Positions 25,290 through 38,515 are shown, counted from the stretch's first letter. The stretch: DNA of 64,000 nucleotides from Octopus vulgaris (GCA_951406725.2 OX597816.1:52948001-53012000); one strand, 5' to 3'. Program-made: numbers and translations. The notes: a model not told the origin generated them from the letters alone.

Positions 25290-26450
25290 GAAAACTGAAC
25301 AAATAAATGTTTGAGGCAATGACTATAGCTTCATAGGTTTGAAGCACCTCCACTGAGATATTTACTGCCTCTGTATAATGAAGTGACCACATGCTTACAT
25401 ACCTACACTGTACATAAATGAAAAACTTTTTCCAGATTCTTATGAAACTTTAAATACGATATAGATATTTTATTATCTTTCTGACATGAATTATTTTGCT
25501 TAATTTGATTTAATAGGATCATATCATCAGATATAAAAGTATTTTGAAGCAAGAAAGTTTCCAACAATAAATATGCTAACAGATATGTCTTTCATAGAGA
25601 ATTATAACAGCCAGTGCTATGTTTCAGGGAGTAATTCAAAATGTTGTTTGAAATGACATTGTTAATGTTATTTTACTTATGGAGATGATATATGTATTGG
25701 TGCTAAAACTGGTGAAAGTCTACAGATCAAGGTAGATAAGATCATAAAAAGGTTGGGATTGTTAGGCATAGGGAATAATTGAGCGAAGTCTGCATTTGAG
25801 AATGATGAATTATCTTTTTGTGGGGGACATAAATTGATACAAGGTGGTATATCAGCAGATCATCATTTAATAGCGAGAATTGTGAATGTACAACCATCAA
25901 AGGATAAGAAGTAATTAAGTAGAATCTTTTCTTGGATTTGTCAATTTGTATAGGAGCTATGTAGATCATTATTCAGAGCACATATCACCATTTGTATCAT
26001 TTGTAAACATGGAATCTCGTTTTTATTAGGATCGAACAACAAAAGGAATTTGATCATAGAAAACTAATGTTAGTACAAAATTCAGGAGTCCAGATTTATA
26101 ATGCCACAAAAAACGGTTACCCTAACAACATGCAAATGAAAAAGAGTATATCAGGAAGTCTTTCATAAGACTGTGATCCTGTACAATATTAGTCAAAAAT
26201 ATTACCCACAGTTGAAACTAGATACTCAAATATTCAAAGGGAAGACTAGGTGATTGTATGGTGTAGTCAAAAAGGTATGACTCTTCCCACTAGGCCAAAA
26301 ATTTTGGTTGGCTTTCGATCATAGGCCTCTTGGATTTCTTTTCCAGATAAATTGTGGTTAACTGAAAATAATGTTTTAAGATGGGCCACACAAAGGGCCC
26401 CATTTAATAATGAAACATTTTATAATGTGATCATAAATATCATATATTAT
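25290..26450 (+). pseudogene. Gypsy reverse transcriptase and RNase H remnant
   Basis: YFA*FDLIGSYHQI (25492), ASAMFQ, YGDDICIG (25678), YSNIQRED*VIVW (26223), LGQKFWLAFDHRPLGFLF (26290). Confidence 0.85.
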
Positions 26451-26749
26451 TGCATTATTATTGATGCAATTCATTAAGAATATTGATTTTGAGTTTTCAT
26501 CATCATAGTCATTGTTGTTATGACTATGATGATGATGAGGAGGAGGAGGAGGAGGATTAAGATGTGGTTGATGAGGAAGAGGAGGAGAATTTTGCATCCA
26601 TTTTATAGAAATGTGTTATAAATGTAAAAAAATATAAACTGCTCATATTCTATCTGATGTATTAAAGAGGATTTTAAACAATAATTAGTGGGATTGCTCT
26701 ATTGTTGAAAGTTTATTTAAGTCATGGAAAATAAGCAAACAGTTGGTAT

Positions 26750-27520
26750 TAATGAGGAGGAATTAATTGTTCCGTCAACATGTATGAGAATAAAAGTCAT
26801 GTATGACAAGGATAATGATGTGCATTATGGCTCTACAGCAACAAGAAATTGATTGAAATTACAAGCAGAATGACAAGGTTCCAGTGAAGATGAGGAACAA
26901 CATAAAATATGTCTAATATGTCCTAGAATAAAATTGGAGCTGCCTCACACAGTGCGCTGATGGCCTAAAGAAACTAACACATAGATATTTTTTTTTAAAT
27001 GTTCCTTCTCGAGCTATGCCAGGCTCATAAGGGCCGGTTTCCCGGTTTCAGTGGTGTAGAAATTCCCCACCTGGACGGGACGCCAGTCCGTTGCAGGATT
27101 ACTCATTTTTGTCAGCTGAGTGGACTGGAGCAATGTGAAAATGAAGTGTTTTGCTCAAGAACACAACGCATTGCCCGGTCCAGGAATCGAAACCACAACC
27201 TTACGATCATGAGTTCAACACCATAACCACTAAGCCACATGCCTCCACACATAGATATTTGTACATATGGGTAATGCTTATGCCAAGAATTTAGGTCCCT
27301 TAATATTGTTCTATGCATCCTCTGGGTAACCAAACGTAATAAAATTGAGGAATAAAGTAACAGAAACAAGCAAATACTTTGAAGTGTGTTCCACAAACAT
27401 AGTTCCACAAACATTAACATCTAATGATGCTTGTAAATTTTATGATAATAAATTTATATTCATGGCTAAGTTAGGCCAAAGAAAATAATCCCATATCTTT
27501 TATAATAAAATAGAATAGCT
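26750..27520 (+). pseudogene. Gypsy integrase remnant interrupted by a SINE
   Basis: LIVP..R..HYG..T, CLIC, WPKE; after the SINE, VHMGNAY..LILFYASSG*P and VPQTLTSNDACKF. Confidence 0.75.
26991..27246 (-). mobile_element. SINE family B with a 14-bp TSD
   Basis: TSD ACACATAGATATTT at 26977-90 and 27247-60. Confidence 0.9.
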
Positions 27521-27800
27521 TGAAGATTGGTCGCAGTAGTTAAAATACATTTAAAAGAAATTTCGCTACTAAGTAAATGTTCTTGAGTTATCATACATTT
27601 TCTTATTCTCACTTATGTAGATTAAATAAAGAACAAAAATATTAATAGTGAAAAAAATACTGAATCAACTTTTCAGATATTGAACGACATCTCAGACAAA
27701 GATTGTGATTTGACAACTGATACAAGCACAAACATTGAGAATGATATAAGACAAAATTCTCAAATAACAAAATGAATTAAGCTATTTTGTTTCTCAGAGA

Positions 27801-27973
27801 TGTGATATCATTGTTATGTTAATGTTGTTGCTGTGTTGCAAGAGTTTTAAATGCTTAAAAATGATCAAGACTGTTTAAGATTGCTACCAGTTCAGTGTTA
27901 GTGAGCTTGATATTCAGTTGAATAAAGCTTTTGGTTGTAAAGAATCATGTGTGGTTATGGCTTTGAAACAACA
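27801..27973 (+). repeat. 3' LTR of the Gypsy element
   Basis: TG...CA ends, AATAAA at 27921, similarity to the 22502 LTR. Confidence 0.75.
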
Positions 27974-28177
27974 TTATTTAATTTATGAGAAAAATTATAA
28001 TCAAACTCAACTGTTGTATGATGGATTTCATGCATTGAAATAGAGAAATAGAATAGTAAATCTTTTAATTAGCATCTCACAAATTTGGTGGTGCTCCAGC
28101 ATACACAGTCACATGACTGAAACAAGTAAAAGAGTAAATTAAAACAAATACTGTTACCATTCAATTTGTTTTAATTT

Positions 28178-28578
28178 ACTCTTTTACTCTTTACTTGTTT
28201 CAGTCATGTGACTGTGGCCATGCTGGAGCATCACCTTTAGTTGAGCAATTCGATCCCAGGACTTATTCTTTGTAAGCTTAGTACTTAGTCTATTGATCTC
28301 TTTTGCTGAACCACCAAGTTACTGGGACGTAAACACACCAGCATCAGTTGTCAAGCGATGTTGGGATGGGGGACAAACACAGACGCAGAAACATATACAC
28401 ACACATACATATATACGACAGGCTTCTTTCAGTTTCCGTCTACCAAATCCATTCACCAGGCTTTGGTTGGCCCGAGGCTATAGTAGAAGACACTTGCCCA
28501 AGGTACCATGCAGTGGTACTGAACCCAGAACCATGAAGTTCGTAAGCAAGCTACTTACCACACAGCCACTCCTGCGCC
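28178..28578 (-). mobile_element. SINE family A
   Basis: Full-length match. Confidence 0.9.
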
Positions 28579-28596
28579 TATACATTTGCTAAAAAT

Positions 28597-28812
28597 GTAT
28601 TGATCAACCTTAAACATCAAGTCATTCATAAAAGTTGAAGGCAATATAGTACTATAGTAATAGAGCAAGTACAGAATCAATGATTCAGAAATGATAACTT
28701 AGAAGTGTTTAATTTAAAATGTATCGGATCTTGGAAGTATTCCGAGTATTGATTAACCTTATCCAATCATTCATAAAAGTTAAAGATAGCATAGTACAGC
28801 AGTAATAAAGCA
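28597..28812 (+). repeat. Diverged direct repeat of about 70 bp (28597-28668 and 28746-28812)
   Basis: GTATTGAT(C/T)AACCTTA...TCATTCATAAAAGTT...ATAGTAC...AGTAATA(G/A)AGCA occurs twice. Confidence 0.8.
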
Positions 28813-30775
28813 TTTAATGTGGAACTCCTGAAAATGTAGGGCATGTAGCATATGCTACTCTTACTACTAAGTCGATCCAGCACCAAGAGAGGTTTAACTT
28901 CAGGGCTAGCCTGGGCCTAAAGAGCAACTGTAACAATAAGTATTCACTGGCTGTTTATACATCTTTACCAGTGAGCCATTTTGGAAGTATCTTTTATTCA
29001 ATAAAAAAACAAAAAAAAACAGTGAAAAAAAAACTTTAATATTTTATTTTAGCACTGTTTTTTTTTTAATTTCTTCCATAAGTATCAAAGTGAGAATGAA
29101 ATTGAAATATTTCTCAAAGGAAGTTGATAACATCTATATCAAATAATATATAAAAACATTAAAATATATTGATCAAAATCTAAATTTTCCAGTCGCAAAA
29201 ATAAAATTACAATTCATTTTGTGATACTGATATGAAATATTCTGTCAAATAAGAAGTAAAAAAAATGTATTAAAGATATTGTATGAAACTTATTAGGACA
29301 TTACAAAACAGCATAATTATTACGTATGTGAAGATTGTATAAAAATCAACTTTTCTTTTATTCCTTCAATAACCATAACAACAACAAAAACAATAATGAT
29401 AATTTTAAAAAAAATTTAAGTAGAAGACCAACAGTTCTGATTAGAGATGGCTCGTTGATACTAATGACCCTAATACTTGACTGGTACTTTAGTTTATCAA
29501 ACCCAAAAGATGAAAGGCAGACTTGACCCAGGTGGAATTTGAACTCAAAATGTAAAGAGAAAGAACAAATTTCAGAATGCGCAAATGATACTGCCTGTCC
29601 TATCCGTTGCCCTAATAAATGTTTCTTATAAATAATTGTTTCTGAAATTTTAGGAGAATAGGTTTGCTGATCAAACTAACTCCAGTACTTGACAGGTAGT
29701 TTATTTCATCAAGCCCGACCTCAGTGAAATTTGAACTTGGTATGTAAAGTGCTGAGACAAATACTGCAAAGTATTTTGTCCAATGCCCTAACAATTTTGC
29801 CAGTTCAACAATGAATGATGATGATGATAATTGTTCATAATATAGACACAACGCCAGAAATTTGAGATTGAGATTAGTCAATTTGTTGATTCCAGTACTT
29901 GACTGGTACTTTATTTTCATCAATTCTGAAAATATGAAATCCTAATTAAAATAATATGGCATGAAGTATTGGGCAAAGAGATTTTAAACTAGCTTATTTA
30001 GCAAAAGGAAAGAGGTAATACCTTTGAAATTGCTAGCAATTACGGTAAAAATAACTTTATTTTATTTATTCATTTTATCTTGACTTATAGACCAAAAGGA
30101 ATTGTAGAATCTGTAATTCTATCATTCTGTTTCTAAACTGATGATGGAGAAGGTGATGCAGTAAAAAAAAAATATTGAAAGTATAAAGAAATGAAAAGCA
30201 ATAGTTTTGACTTTTTTTAATCCCAGAAGTATTTCAAGATACCAGAAGGAAAGAACAACTTTGGAATATAGAATACAGAAATATTGGAAATATAAAATAC
30301 AGAGATATTGGAAAGAGCCCCAGGTGCAGAAAAAATCCAAAATTACCAGTTATGGATAAATGGAATTAAATTTAAGATTTTATATAGATTTTTCATTTTT
30401 GTTGCAAAGTTCTAGCTTTGCAATGTAATATTTAGCCTCTCTCAGCATGCCACTTGTTACATCTTGATAAAAATCCTGAACAAAATAACAAAATGCTTCA
30501 TAGTAACTAGCATAGTGTCACATGATTCAGAATCAAAATTCTTTTAGAATCAGTAAAATATCCGTTAATAATATACTTAAATTAAGTTGAGCAGATATAA
30601 TCCTATTGCTTTTAAAAAAAATTTTTTTTAAGAAATGATATTACAATATTAGATCATACAATTGGATCACATGTTACAGAACTTAGTGCCTTACTTTGGT
30701 AGATATAATACTTTCAGTGATCAAATAGGACTTATTATCCTAACTGGGGTCTACATAATACATTTTATAAAATGC

Positions 30776-31439
30776 GGGTCTTTTCTGTTTGGCAGCCAGT
30801 TTTCAATTTCTTCAATTTTTGTTCCAACCGATTTCATATTTGGAGTAATAATGTGGTTTTGTAAAGCAAGCATTTACATGAAATTCATTTTCCCTATATA
30901 TCAATAAATAAAGAGCTTTTACAGTTTGCATATTCTGGGTAATTCTAGCCAATTGAAAGTCACAGACATATAATAAGTGCTTGTTTCCATAGTAACAAGC
31001 CAAGCTGTTACCAAGCTACTTATCACATGTTTTTTTTTTTTTGTAGCTTATCAAATGCTTAAAACACATACAGTATGACATGTGCTAAAAATAACACTAA
31101 ATAGGGCTTAAATTGCATGAATTCCTGTGTGTAGAATACAAATTTGCAAAAATTTTCTAAAAATTCCAAAAAATGAAAAAGTTACAAAGGGTTATATGGC
31201 ATGTGTAAAGTAAAATTCCACCAATATTTCACGCTCAAAATGATAGCTTCCAAATTCTGTTTTCTGATTGGGTAAAAATGATCAAACATTAAACCTCTGT
31301 AACTTTTTTAAAACGATTTTCTGGAAAAACTGAATTATCTCCTGAGATTTAGCATGGAAAATTACATCAATACATCAAATTTTTATATTTTCACTAAACT
31401 TTCAAAATTTCCACAGGTGCAGCCAAGCAGAAATGACCC
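30776..31439. mobile_element. Non-autonomous DNA transposon with 21-bp TIRs and an 8-bp TSD (superfamily uncertain)
   Basis: TIRs GGGTC(T/A)TTTCTG(T/C)TTGGC(A/T)GC (18/21); perfect TSD TAAAATGC at 30768-75 and 31440-47. Confidence 0.85.
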
Positions 31440-32149
31440 TAAAATGCAGGCATTGCAGTGTAATTATCCCTGTAATCACATGGTTCCACATTTGATACCA
31501 CGTTACAGCACTTTGGACAAGTGTGTTCTGTCATAGTCTTGTGTTGATCAAAACTTTGTAAGTGGAATTTTGTATGTTAGCCTCGTTCATTCAAATGAAT
31601 AGAAGAGAGGATGATCATTTATTGAAAGTAACATGACCAAGAGAGCAAGAGTATGAACAGAAGAGGGAGAAAGGTGACAAAACTAGAGTGGCATGATAGA
31701 AGAAAGATTATGATGGAGAATAGAGTGATAAGAGCAAGAGAGTGACATAGGAGGAAGTAATGGAAGAGAAGCAGTAATAGGCAGTGACATGCTGGTTGTT
31801 GGCATCTAAATAGAATATAAAAGTAGCATGAGTTAAATGGTGGGGGGAAAGAGAGAAAGAGATAGCATGATGGAAGGGAGATTAACAGAAATGAGAAAGA
31901 GTGATGTATGCCAACAATGAGTGACAGATGAGGCAGTAATGTGATTAAAGAGAGTAATGGCTTGCAATAAAGATGGGTAAAGATAAAGGAGAGAGCAATG
32001 GATGTTGATGATAAGTGAAAAGGAAGGAGGAACAAGAAAAAGAGAGAGTGACGGTTAGAAATAAAGAAGTGTTATGAGAGGGAGGATGGGATAAAGATTT
32101 GATGCCATTTCTCATTATACAGGCAGCAGGATGAGAAGAGGTAGTGATA

Positions 32150-32410
32150 GATGTTGTTGGTAAGGGTAGCCAAATAGTTTACACCACTTTGTCCAATGTC
32201 ATCCTAGGTCTTTCTGTCCTTTGGGTTCTGTCTACTTCAAGCAAATGACAATTCTTTGATACAACTGACAGGTTCCATAAATATTCTATGCTTGTACCAG
32301 CACTACCTGTCTTACACATTACATACAATTCCATTTAGATCCAAATTTTTTTCTCAGTTCATTTGTGCTGACATTAAGTGTGCCTCTCTGTGTCCATTCA
32401 GCCTACAAGA
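32150..32410 (-). pseudogene. RTE-like LINE 3' remnant
   Basis: Minus strand RPRMTLDKVV resembles the RTE C-terminal GRPRKTW motif; very decayed. Confidence 0.4.
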
Positions 32411-32519
32411 AATACAAGTCCAAACTAGCTCAAATAAAATTGCGATGTCCTACATGCACCTAAAATTACAAACTAACCACCAATAGCATGCTTTTAATCA
32501 TAAATCTAATTCATCAAGG

Positions 32520-32805
32520 TTGTGCGCCTTACTGGCACTTGTGCCGGTGGCATGTGAAAAAACATTCGAGCGAGGTCGTTGCCAGCACTGCCAGACTGGA
32601 CCCCATGCCGGTGGCACATAAAAGCACCCACTACACTCTCGGAGTGTTTGACGTTAGGAAGGGCATCCAGCTGTAGAAACACTGCCAGATCAAGATTGGA
32701 GCCTGGTGCAGCCATCTGGTTCCCCAGTCCTCAGTCAAATCATCCAACCCATGCTAGCATGAAAAGCGGACATTAAACGATGATGATGATGATGATGATG
32801 ATGAC
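32520..32805 (+). mobile_element. Family D retroposon 3' end, (GAT)n tail
   Basis: Internal TGCCGGTGGCA repeats, GTTAGGAAGGGCATCCAGCTGTAG, CCCATGCTAGCATG then (GAT)n. Confidence 0.8.
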
Positions 32806-33829
32806 GACGACGACGACGACTCAGGATTAAACAACAACAACAACAACTACTATTCTGCTCCTCGTCCTACTCCTCCTCCTCCCCATCATCATCATCATCC
32901 TTCTATTACTACTGCTGTAAGCCACAAAGACTTATATTTATAAGCGTCCAGAATGAAACAAACAGTTGTCAAAAGTTATTTTGGTTGTTTATAGGCTGAA
33001 GAATTGCTAAGTTAGTATTATTGAGAATGAGATGAAAAAAATATATAATTGTAATAACTCATTTCATATCAAAGAGCAGTAACTGATTGATTCGATTGAT
33101 TCGACTGATTCTCGAAGCTATTGAAGAAAGAAATCATTGAATAACAAATAGCCCATGTAGTGTTTGAACAAATCACTTTAACTAGACAAATGGAAATCAA
33201 GTGGAAGATCATTCCAGCACTTTTATGTATAATGAGAGACAGTCTAATAGGAAACTAATGTTCAGTGAAGAATTAGTTAGGTAAGATATTAATATGAAGA
33301 AGCAATATCATTAGTAGAGACTTAAATATTAAACTTGTGAGATTTCATTTTGGTTATCTTAGATATTCCATTCTGATATCTATGTTCAAATTGCGACATT
33401 CGGCAAACAGAATTTATAGATATCTGACCATGTAATTAAATAACCAAACATAACAAGGCCAGAGCTAATCAAAACAATGACCAGGCAGAAAATCCAATAT
33501 AAAGATTAAGATTAAGACAAGAATCCACAAATACTGCTTCAGAATTGTTGTTGATTAAACTTAGATCGGCTTCAAAGACTAGCATATTGTGTGGCATATA
33601 ATTATGCTAGCATGTTATTTTGCTGTTGTTGTTGTTGCTGTTGGGTCCATGGTCAGTCCTAATCAATCACACTTATGTTCAAAGATGTTCCAGATATGAC
33701 CAAATTGCCTTTTATTTAGACAGTTTGCCTTAGGTCACATTGCCCAGTATATCTTTCCTTTCTTAAAACAGTAGAACATAATTCAAATACTAGTCAAAAT
33801 TCCTTTAAGCAGATTTAGCTGCTATTTCT

Positions 33830-34060
33830 TATTTCTTTACTACCCACAAGGGGCTACACACAGAGGGGATAAACAAGGACAGACAAACAGATTAAGTCGA
33901 TTATATCGATTCCAGTGCATAACTGGTACTTATTTAATCGACCCCGAAAGGATGAAAGGCAAAGTCAACCTCAGAGATTTTGAACTCAGAACATAAAGAT
34001 AGACAAAATACCGCTAAGCATTTCGCCCGGCATGCTAACGTGTCTGCCAGCTCACTGCCT
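33830..34060 (-). mobile_element. SINE family C inserted into a family E repeat (33620-34120)
   Basis: Direct repeat ATTTAGCTGCTATTTCT at 33813-29 and 34065-81. Confidence 0.85.
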
Positions 34061-34756
34061 TGCTATTTAGCTGCTATTTCTAGCAGATTGAATAACTATA
34101 TTCAAGATCTTTGGTTGGCTTGTCTGCTTCTGAGATTTGTGAATTGGCAACAACAAATACTATAAATCATACTGACATTTTCATTAGCTTTGTAGAAGTT
34201 AACTAGAGAAAACCATTCATTATTTATAATTTTTTAGAAAAAAATCTGTTTTTAATTACCAACTTTTTCGTGAACTGGAAAGCTTCACAAAGTGTTAGAT
34301 CAGTTCAGTCACCATAAGAAGTGAAAAAATAAATATTCGGCCTAGTCAGAATTTCTTAACCATTTTTTAGGTTTTTGTTATTTTTTATTCCTTTACCAAT
34401 TCCTGATCTTGATTTCCCACTACTTAATTAAACAATAGTTTTGTGAGTAGCATACTTTATTACATACCATTAACAGCTTTATATTATTTGAACATTAACA
34501 ACCCAAAAAAAATCAACATTAAGGAATATAAATCTATCAAAATAAAAGAAAAGCAGTTTGAATAATGATAAAGAATTGTACAACTTCTATAATCCTGAAA
34601 TTCACCAAATCCTGGATTATGAGAGCAATTTCCTCAAGTTAAGAAATGTGGATCTAAGTTAATCTGTTTCTATTGTTTCTCCAAGCTCTTCAAGTCACTG
34701 AAAATTGTTCATCCATCTTATGTCTCATATTAAAGATATCTATCATAATTTCTGGT

Positions 34757-34972
34757 TTTGTTGCTGTTGTTTAGCATCAAAACAGCCCTGATCCAGCAGG
34801 TCCTATAAGTAAAAGCATTCCAACCATTACCAAAATGGTCTTTTATATACATCTAGGACTACATTATCAAATGAGTTGTCTCCTTATTCCAGACAAGAGT
34901 AGGTGAGTTTAAATGAGATTTAGTTGCTTTTTCTACCCAGCTGAGCAACCACGTAGATATTCCCTCACTGAT
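34757..34972 (-). mobile_element. Family E interspersed repeat with an (AAC)n-type tail
   Basis: Related segments at about 2553-2790, 14250-14330, 33620-34120 and 57385-57570. Confidence 0.6.
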
Positions 34973-34980
34973 TCAATGAG

Positions 34981-35120
34981 GTTTTCTGTGTTCCATTCCG
35001 TCAAAGAGCATCAGCTCGAAATGTAAAAAACTTGCTCACTTCCTGAGCATTAAACTAATACATCTGTTTCTTGTTTACACACCTGTCTTTGTCTTCTGTT
35101 TTTTTTGTAAATTCTCACTA
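34981..35120 (+). mobile_element. Penelope pLTR-like element with a decayed hammerhead-like motif, copy 3
   Basis: Homologous to the 43316 and 43795 copies; GAGC-ATCA-GCTC hairpin followed by GAAATGTA. Confidence 0.6.
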
Positions 35121-35122
35121 TA

Positions 35123-35519
35123 TCTTTATATATAAAAGTGAGGTTGTGTGCTGTCTGTCTCCTACGATTTAGATTCCTAACAACTCCCACATTTTGCGGT
35201 GCAGTTTAACCAAAACCGGGTATCTTATAGTCGTGATTCATATCGAGCCCTTCTGGGTATTAGCGCGTGTCTATGATGAGTCTATGATTTAAAAAAAAAT
35301 TTACCATGAATTTTTCCAATTTTCAATGCATTTTTGGCATATATAAGGGAAGTAACTATTTAAAAATTTATTATTAAATCTCAGAACGTAAAAAGCTACA
35401 GTAACACCCCCCCCTTTTGTGGTTAGCCATATTGAGATGGCTATTATACTTTACATCTCTAAAAATGCTTATATAGTTATTTCCCTTACAAACCTGAGAA
35501 ACGCCGGGCGATACTGCTA

Positions 35520-35520
<1 letters not shown>
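35123..35520 (+). mobile_element. Non-autonomous Helitron, copy 2
   Basis: A|TC...CTAG|T with a subterminal CC..CGCCGGG hairpin and no TSD. Confidence 0.9.
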
Positions 35521-35573
<53 letters not shown>

Positions 35574-35589
35574 ATGTGTATATATAGGC

Positions 35590-35790
35590 AGGTATAGTGC
35601 CACGTAAAAAAGCATCCCGTACACCCTGTAAAGTGATAGGTGTCAGGAAGAACATCCTGCCTTAGAAACCATGCCAAAACAGAGAGTTGGAGACTGGTGT
35701 GGCTCTCCAGCTTGCTAGTTCCTGTCCAACCATCCAATCCATGCCAGTATGCAAAACTGATCATTAAGTGATGAGGATGAAGAGGATGAT
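35590..35790 (+). mobile_element. Family D retroposon, diverged
   Basis: GTGCCACGTAAAAAAGCA...CCATGCCAGTATG then a GAT-rich tail. Confidence 0.65.
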
Positions 35791-36941
35791 GCTGATGGTG
35801 CATGATGTATATACTTACAGACACATGCCACATTTTTCACATATCCCTTCACAGAATAACATAACACCACTAATATATACCTGTCTACATGACCATGCAT
35901 ACACATGTACATACACACACATGCATGCACACACATATAGATACATACACACACAAGCATGCACACACATGTAGATACATACACACACATGCATGCACAC
36001 ACACACACACACACACACACCTCTGCTTTGCACTTGCTCTTCCGTTTTAAAAGACCCCATTTGGCTCACTATCCAAATTCCAGTCAGTCAATGGTTGGTA
36101 TGTAGAACAACTCCATGAAGCTTTTTTGGCAGAACTGTACGTTTTAATTTGTTTTTTTTCTTCTTTCTTTTTCCAGCTTCGTTTTGTTTTATTCTTCCTC
36201 TTTTCGTATGAGCCAATGAAGGATAATGTCCAAAACATTTTAACATTTACCTGGAAGGAGTTCATTTATTGTGAACTTTGGATTTTTCTTTTTTGTTGTC
36301 CTTTGTGTTTTACTGTTGTTGTTTGCCACGCACTCACACGAATACACGTGCACACACACACACACACACACACATATATACATGCATGCATGAACATACA
36401 TACAAACTTGCCAACGCATGTCTCGAAAGCTAACAGCCATTTCAGACCTGGTTGCACATGCACACAAGCATCCTTGATTGATTCTAAAAGAAAACCATGA
36501 AACTAATAGACAAACATATATTCAAATTCAGCCAGTCAACTGTTTGTTCATTCTACCTCTGCCAGTATACTTCAAAGACTTCTGCTAGTAAGCAACATAT
36601 CGTCTCTGTTTATTCTCACCTGATATCTCTGCTAATCTTTCTCCTGTGATCCTTGCTTTCTACTTTTAAACCCCATACAAAATCATCATCATCATCATGG
36701 TTTAACGTCTGTTTTCTATGCTGGCATGGGTTAGACACTTTCACAAGACTGCCAAGCTGTATCTGCTTTGGCATGGTTTGTATGGCTGGATGCCCTTCCT
36801 AATACAAAAGCTATGATAAAGCAACAAGGATATAGGAGCTGTTACAATAAATTCAACAAGGCGATGAACAATAAAATCAGTACATGGTCATATACTGCTA
36901 AATAGTTCTCTCCAGAACTGCACTCATCTAGAATACCATCT

Positions 36942-37173
36942 CTTATTTCTTTACTGCCCACAAGGGGCTAAACATAGAGGGGACAAACAAGGACAGACAA
37001 AGAGATAAGTCGATTACATCAACCCCAGGGTGTAACTGGTACTTATTTAATCGATCCCAAAAGGATGAAAGACAAAGTTGACCTCAGCAGAATTTGAACT
37101 CAGAACGTAACAGCAGACAAAATACCACTAAGCAGTTCGCTCGCCATGCTAACAATTCTGCCAGTGCACTGCC
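36942..37173 (-). mobile_element. SINE family C
   Basis: Same subfamily tail (GGGACAAACAAGGACAGACAAA on +) as the 33830 and 53857 copies. Confidence 0.85.
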
Positions 37174-38515
37174 TTCTCTGCAAACGTTCTTCCTACATCA
37201 ACACCACAATATCAACTTACAGAAGTTTAATTTGGAAACCTTAACTTAGATTTTGAGTTTGAAGCTGAATGCAGTCTTAATCAACCAATAATTTTAACAC
37301 CACAACCTAATCCTTGGACTACACAGAAATGTTAAACATGGTGATGTGCTGAGACTGCCACCCAAACACAGAACCATGCTTTCAGACAGGTTTCCATTCA
37401 GTTTCCAGAATGTAAAATTTCACTAAAACCAAAACATCATAGCTACTACCCCTCCATCGACTAAATTTTTATAGAAACACATCAGTACTTTCAAAAGTTT
37501 TCAAGTTTTTTTGTTTCCAACATAGACATCATGACAGTTTTTTTGCATTTTGTTTTTTTTTTTTCAGAAAGCTGGAGAGGTGACAAAAATAAGCAAAGAA
37601 TCAGACTGTTTGATGCCTCAGAACATACTACTTTACTTTATTTCATTCCAACTTCTCGCCACATGCCATTAGCACCTAAAATCCTAAATAAACAGACAGT
37701 TCAGAATGTAACAGAAATTGTCTTGAAATATGGTTTTCCTTAATTGATTTTCAGAAATTGAGCCAAACATTTTGCCTCAAGTTCTAATGGCTTATAATGA
37801 AGCACAAGATTGTAAAAAAGAATTACATTATCACCAAGCTGTCAGACACCTGTATTTTTGGCTATAGTTAAAAGCGAGATTCTCTTGTTACCAAAATATA
37901 TGTAATGATTTAAGGGAAAAAAAAACTCAAAATTGTCAAGGATAATAAGGTCAGAATTCTAAACTTGATGATAATGGATGCTGATGATGACAATAAGGAT
38001 GGTGATGGTGATGGTAGTGGTGGTAGCTGCAGTGATATTGGTGATGATGATGAAGGTTAATCGTTGTGGCTGTAGTCATAGAATTAAGAAGCAATGAAAA
38101 TGTCAATATGTCTAGAGAAATACAATGGAAAGATAAACATTGCAGAATTCCAAGACAATATTTTGCTGAATGGGAAATCTTTCTAAAGGGGAAAAAGGAA
38201 GTGGAACATATATTGTAAAAAAACAAAAAAAAAACAAAAAAAAGAATTGTTATCTGTTTGAGAGGATAGAAAGAGAAGCAGACAGATAAGTGGAAACAGA
38301 TAAGCTAGAATTTTGATGAATGCATGCAAAAGATGAAAAGCAAGGACATAAAAAATTAGGTAAATAATAATAACTGTAAGCAAACTAACACAGATTTTGT
38401 GTAGCATGAAATAATGAAATCTAAAGCAGTATAACAATTTGGGGTGAACGAAGAATGACTTATGTGGAATTGGTTTATTAGATATGTTCAAGTAAGATTA
38501 AATTTAAGTGATATT

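Larger units (their letters stand above)
22502..27973 (+). mobile_element. Decayed full-length Ty3/Gypsy LTR retrotransposon with nested insertions
   Basis: Paired TG-initiated LTRs and gag, RT, RNase H and integrase motifs in Gypsy order. Confidence 0.8.

Noticed and set aside
33085-33480. Possible LINE 3' remnant on the minus strand (CWNDLP)
   Set aside because: Only one short motif recognised.
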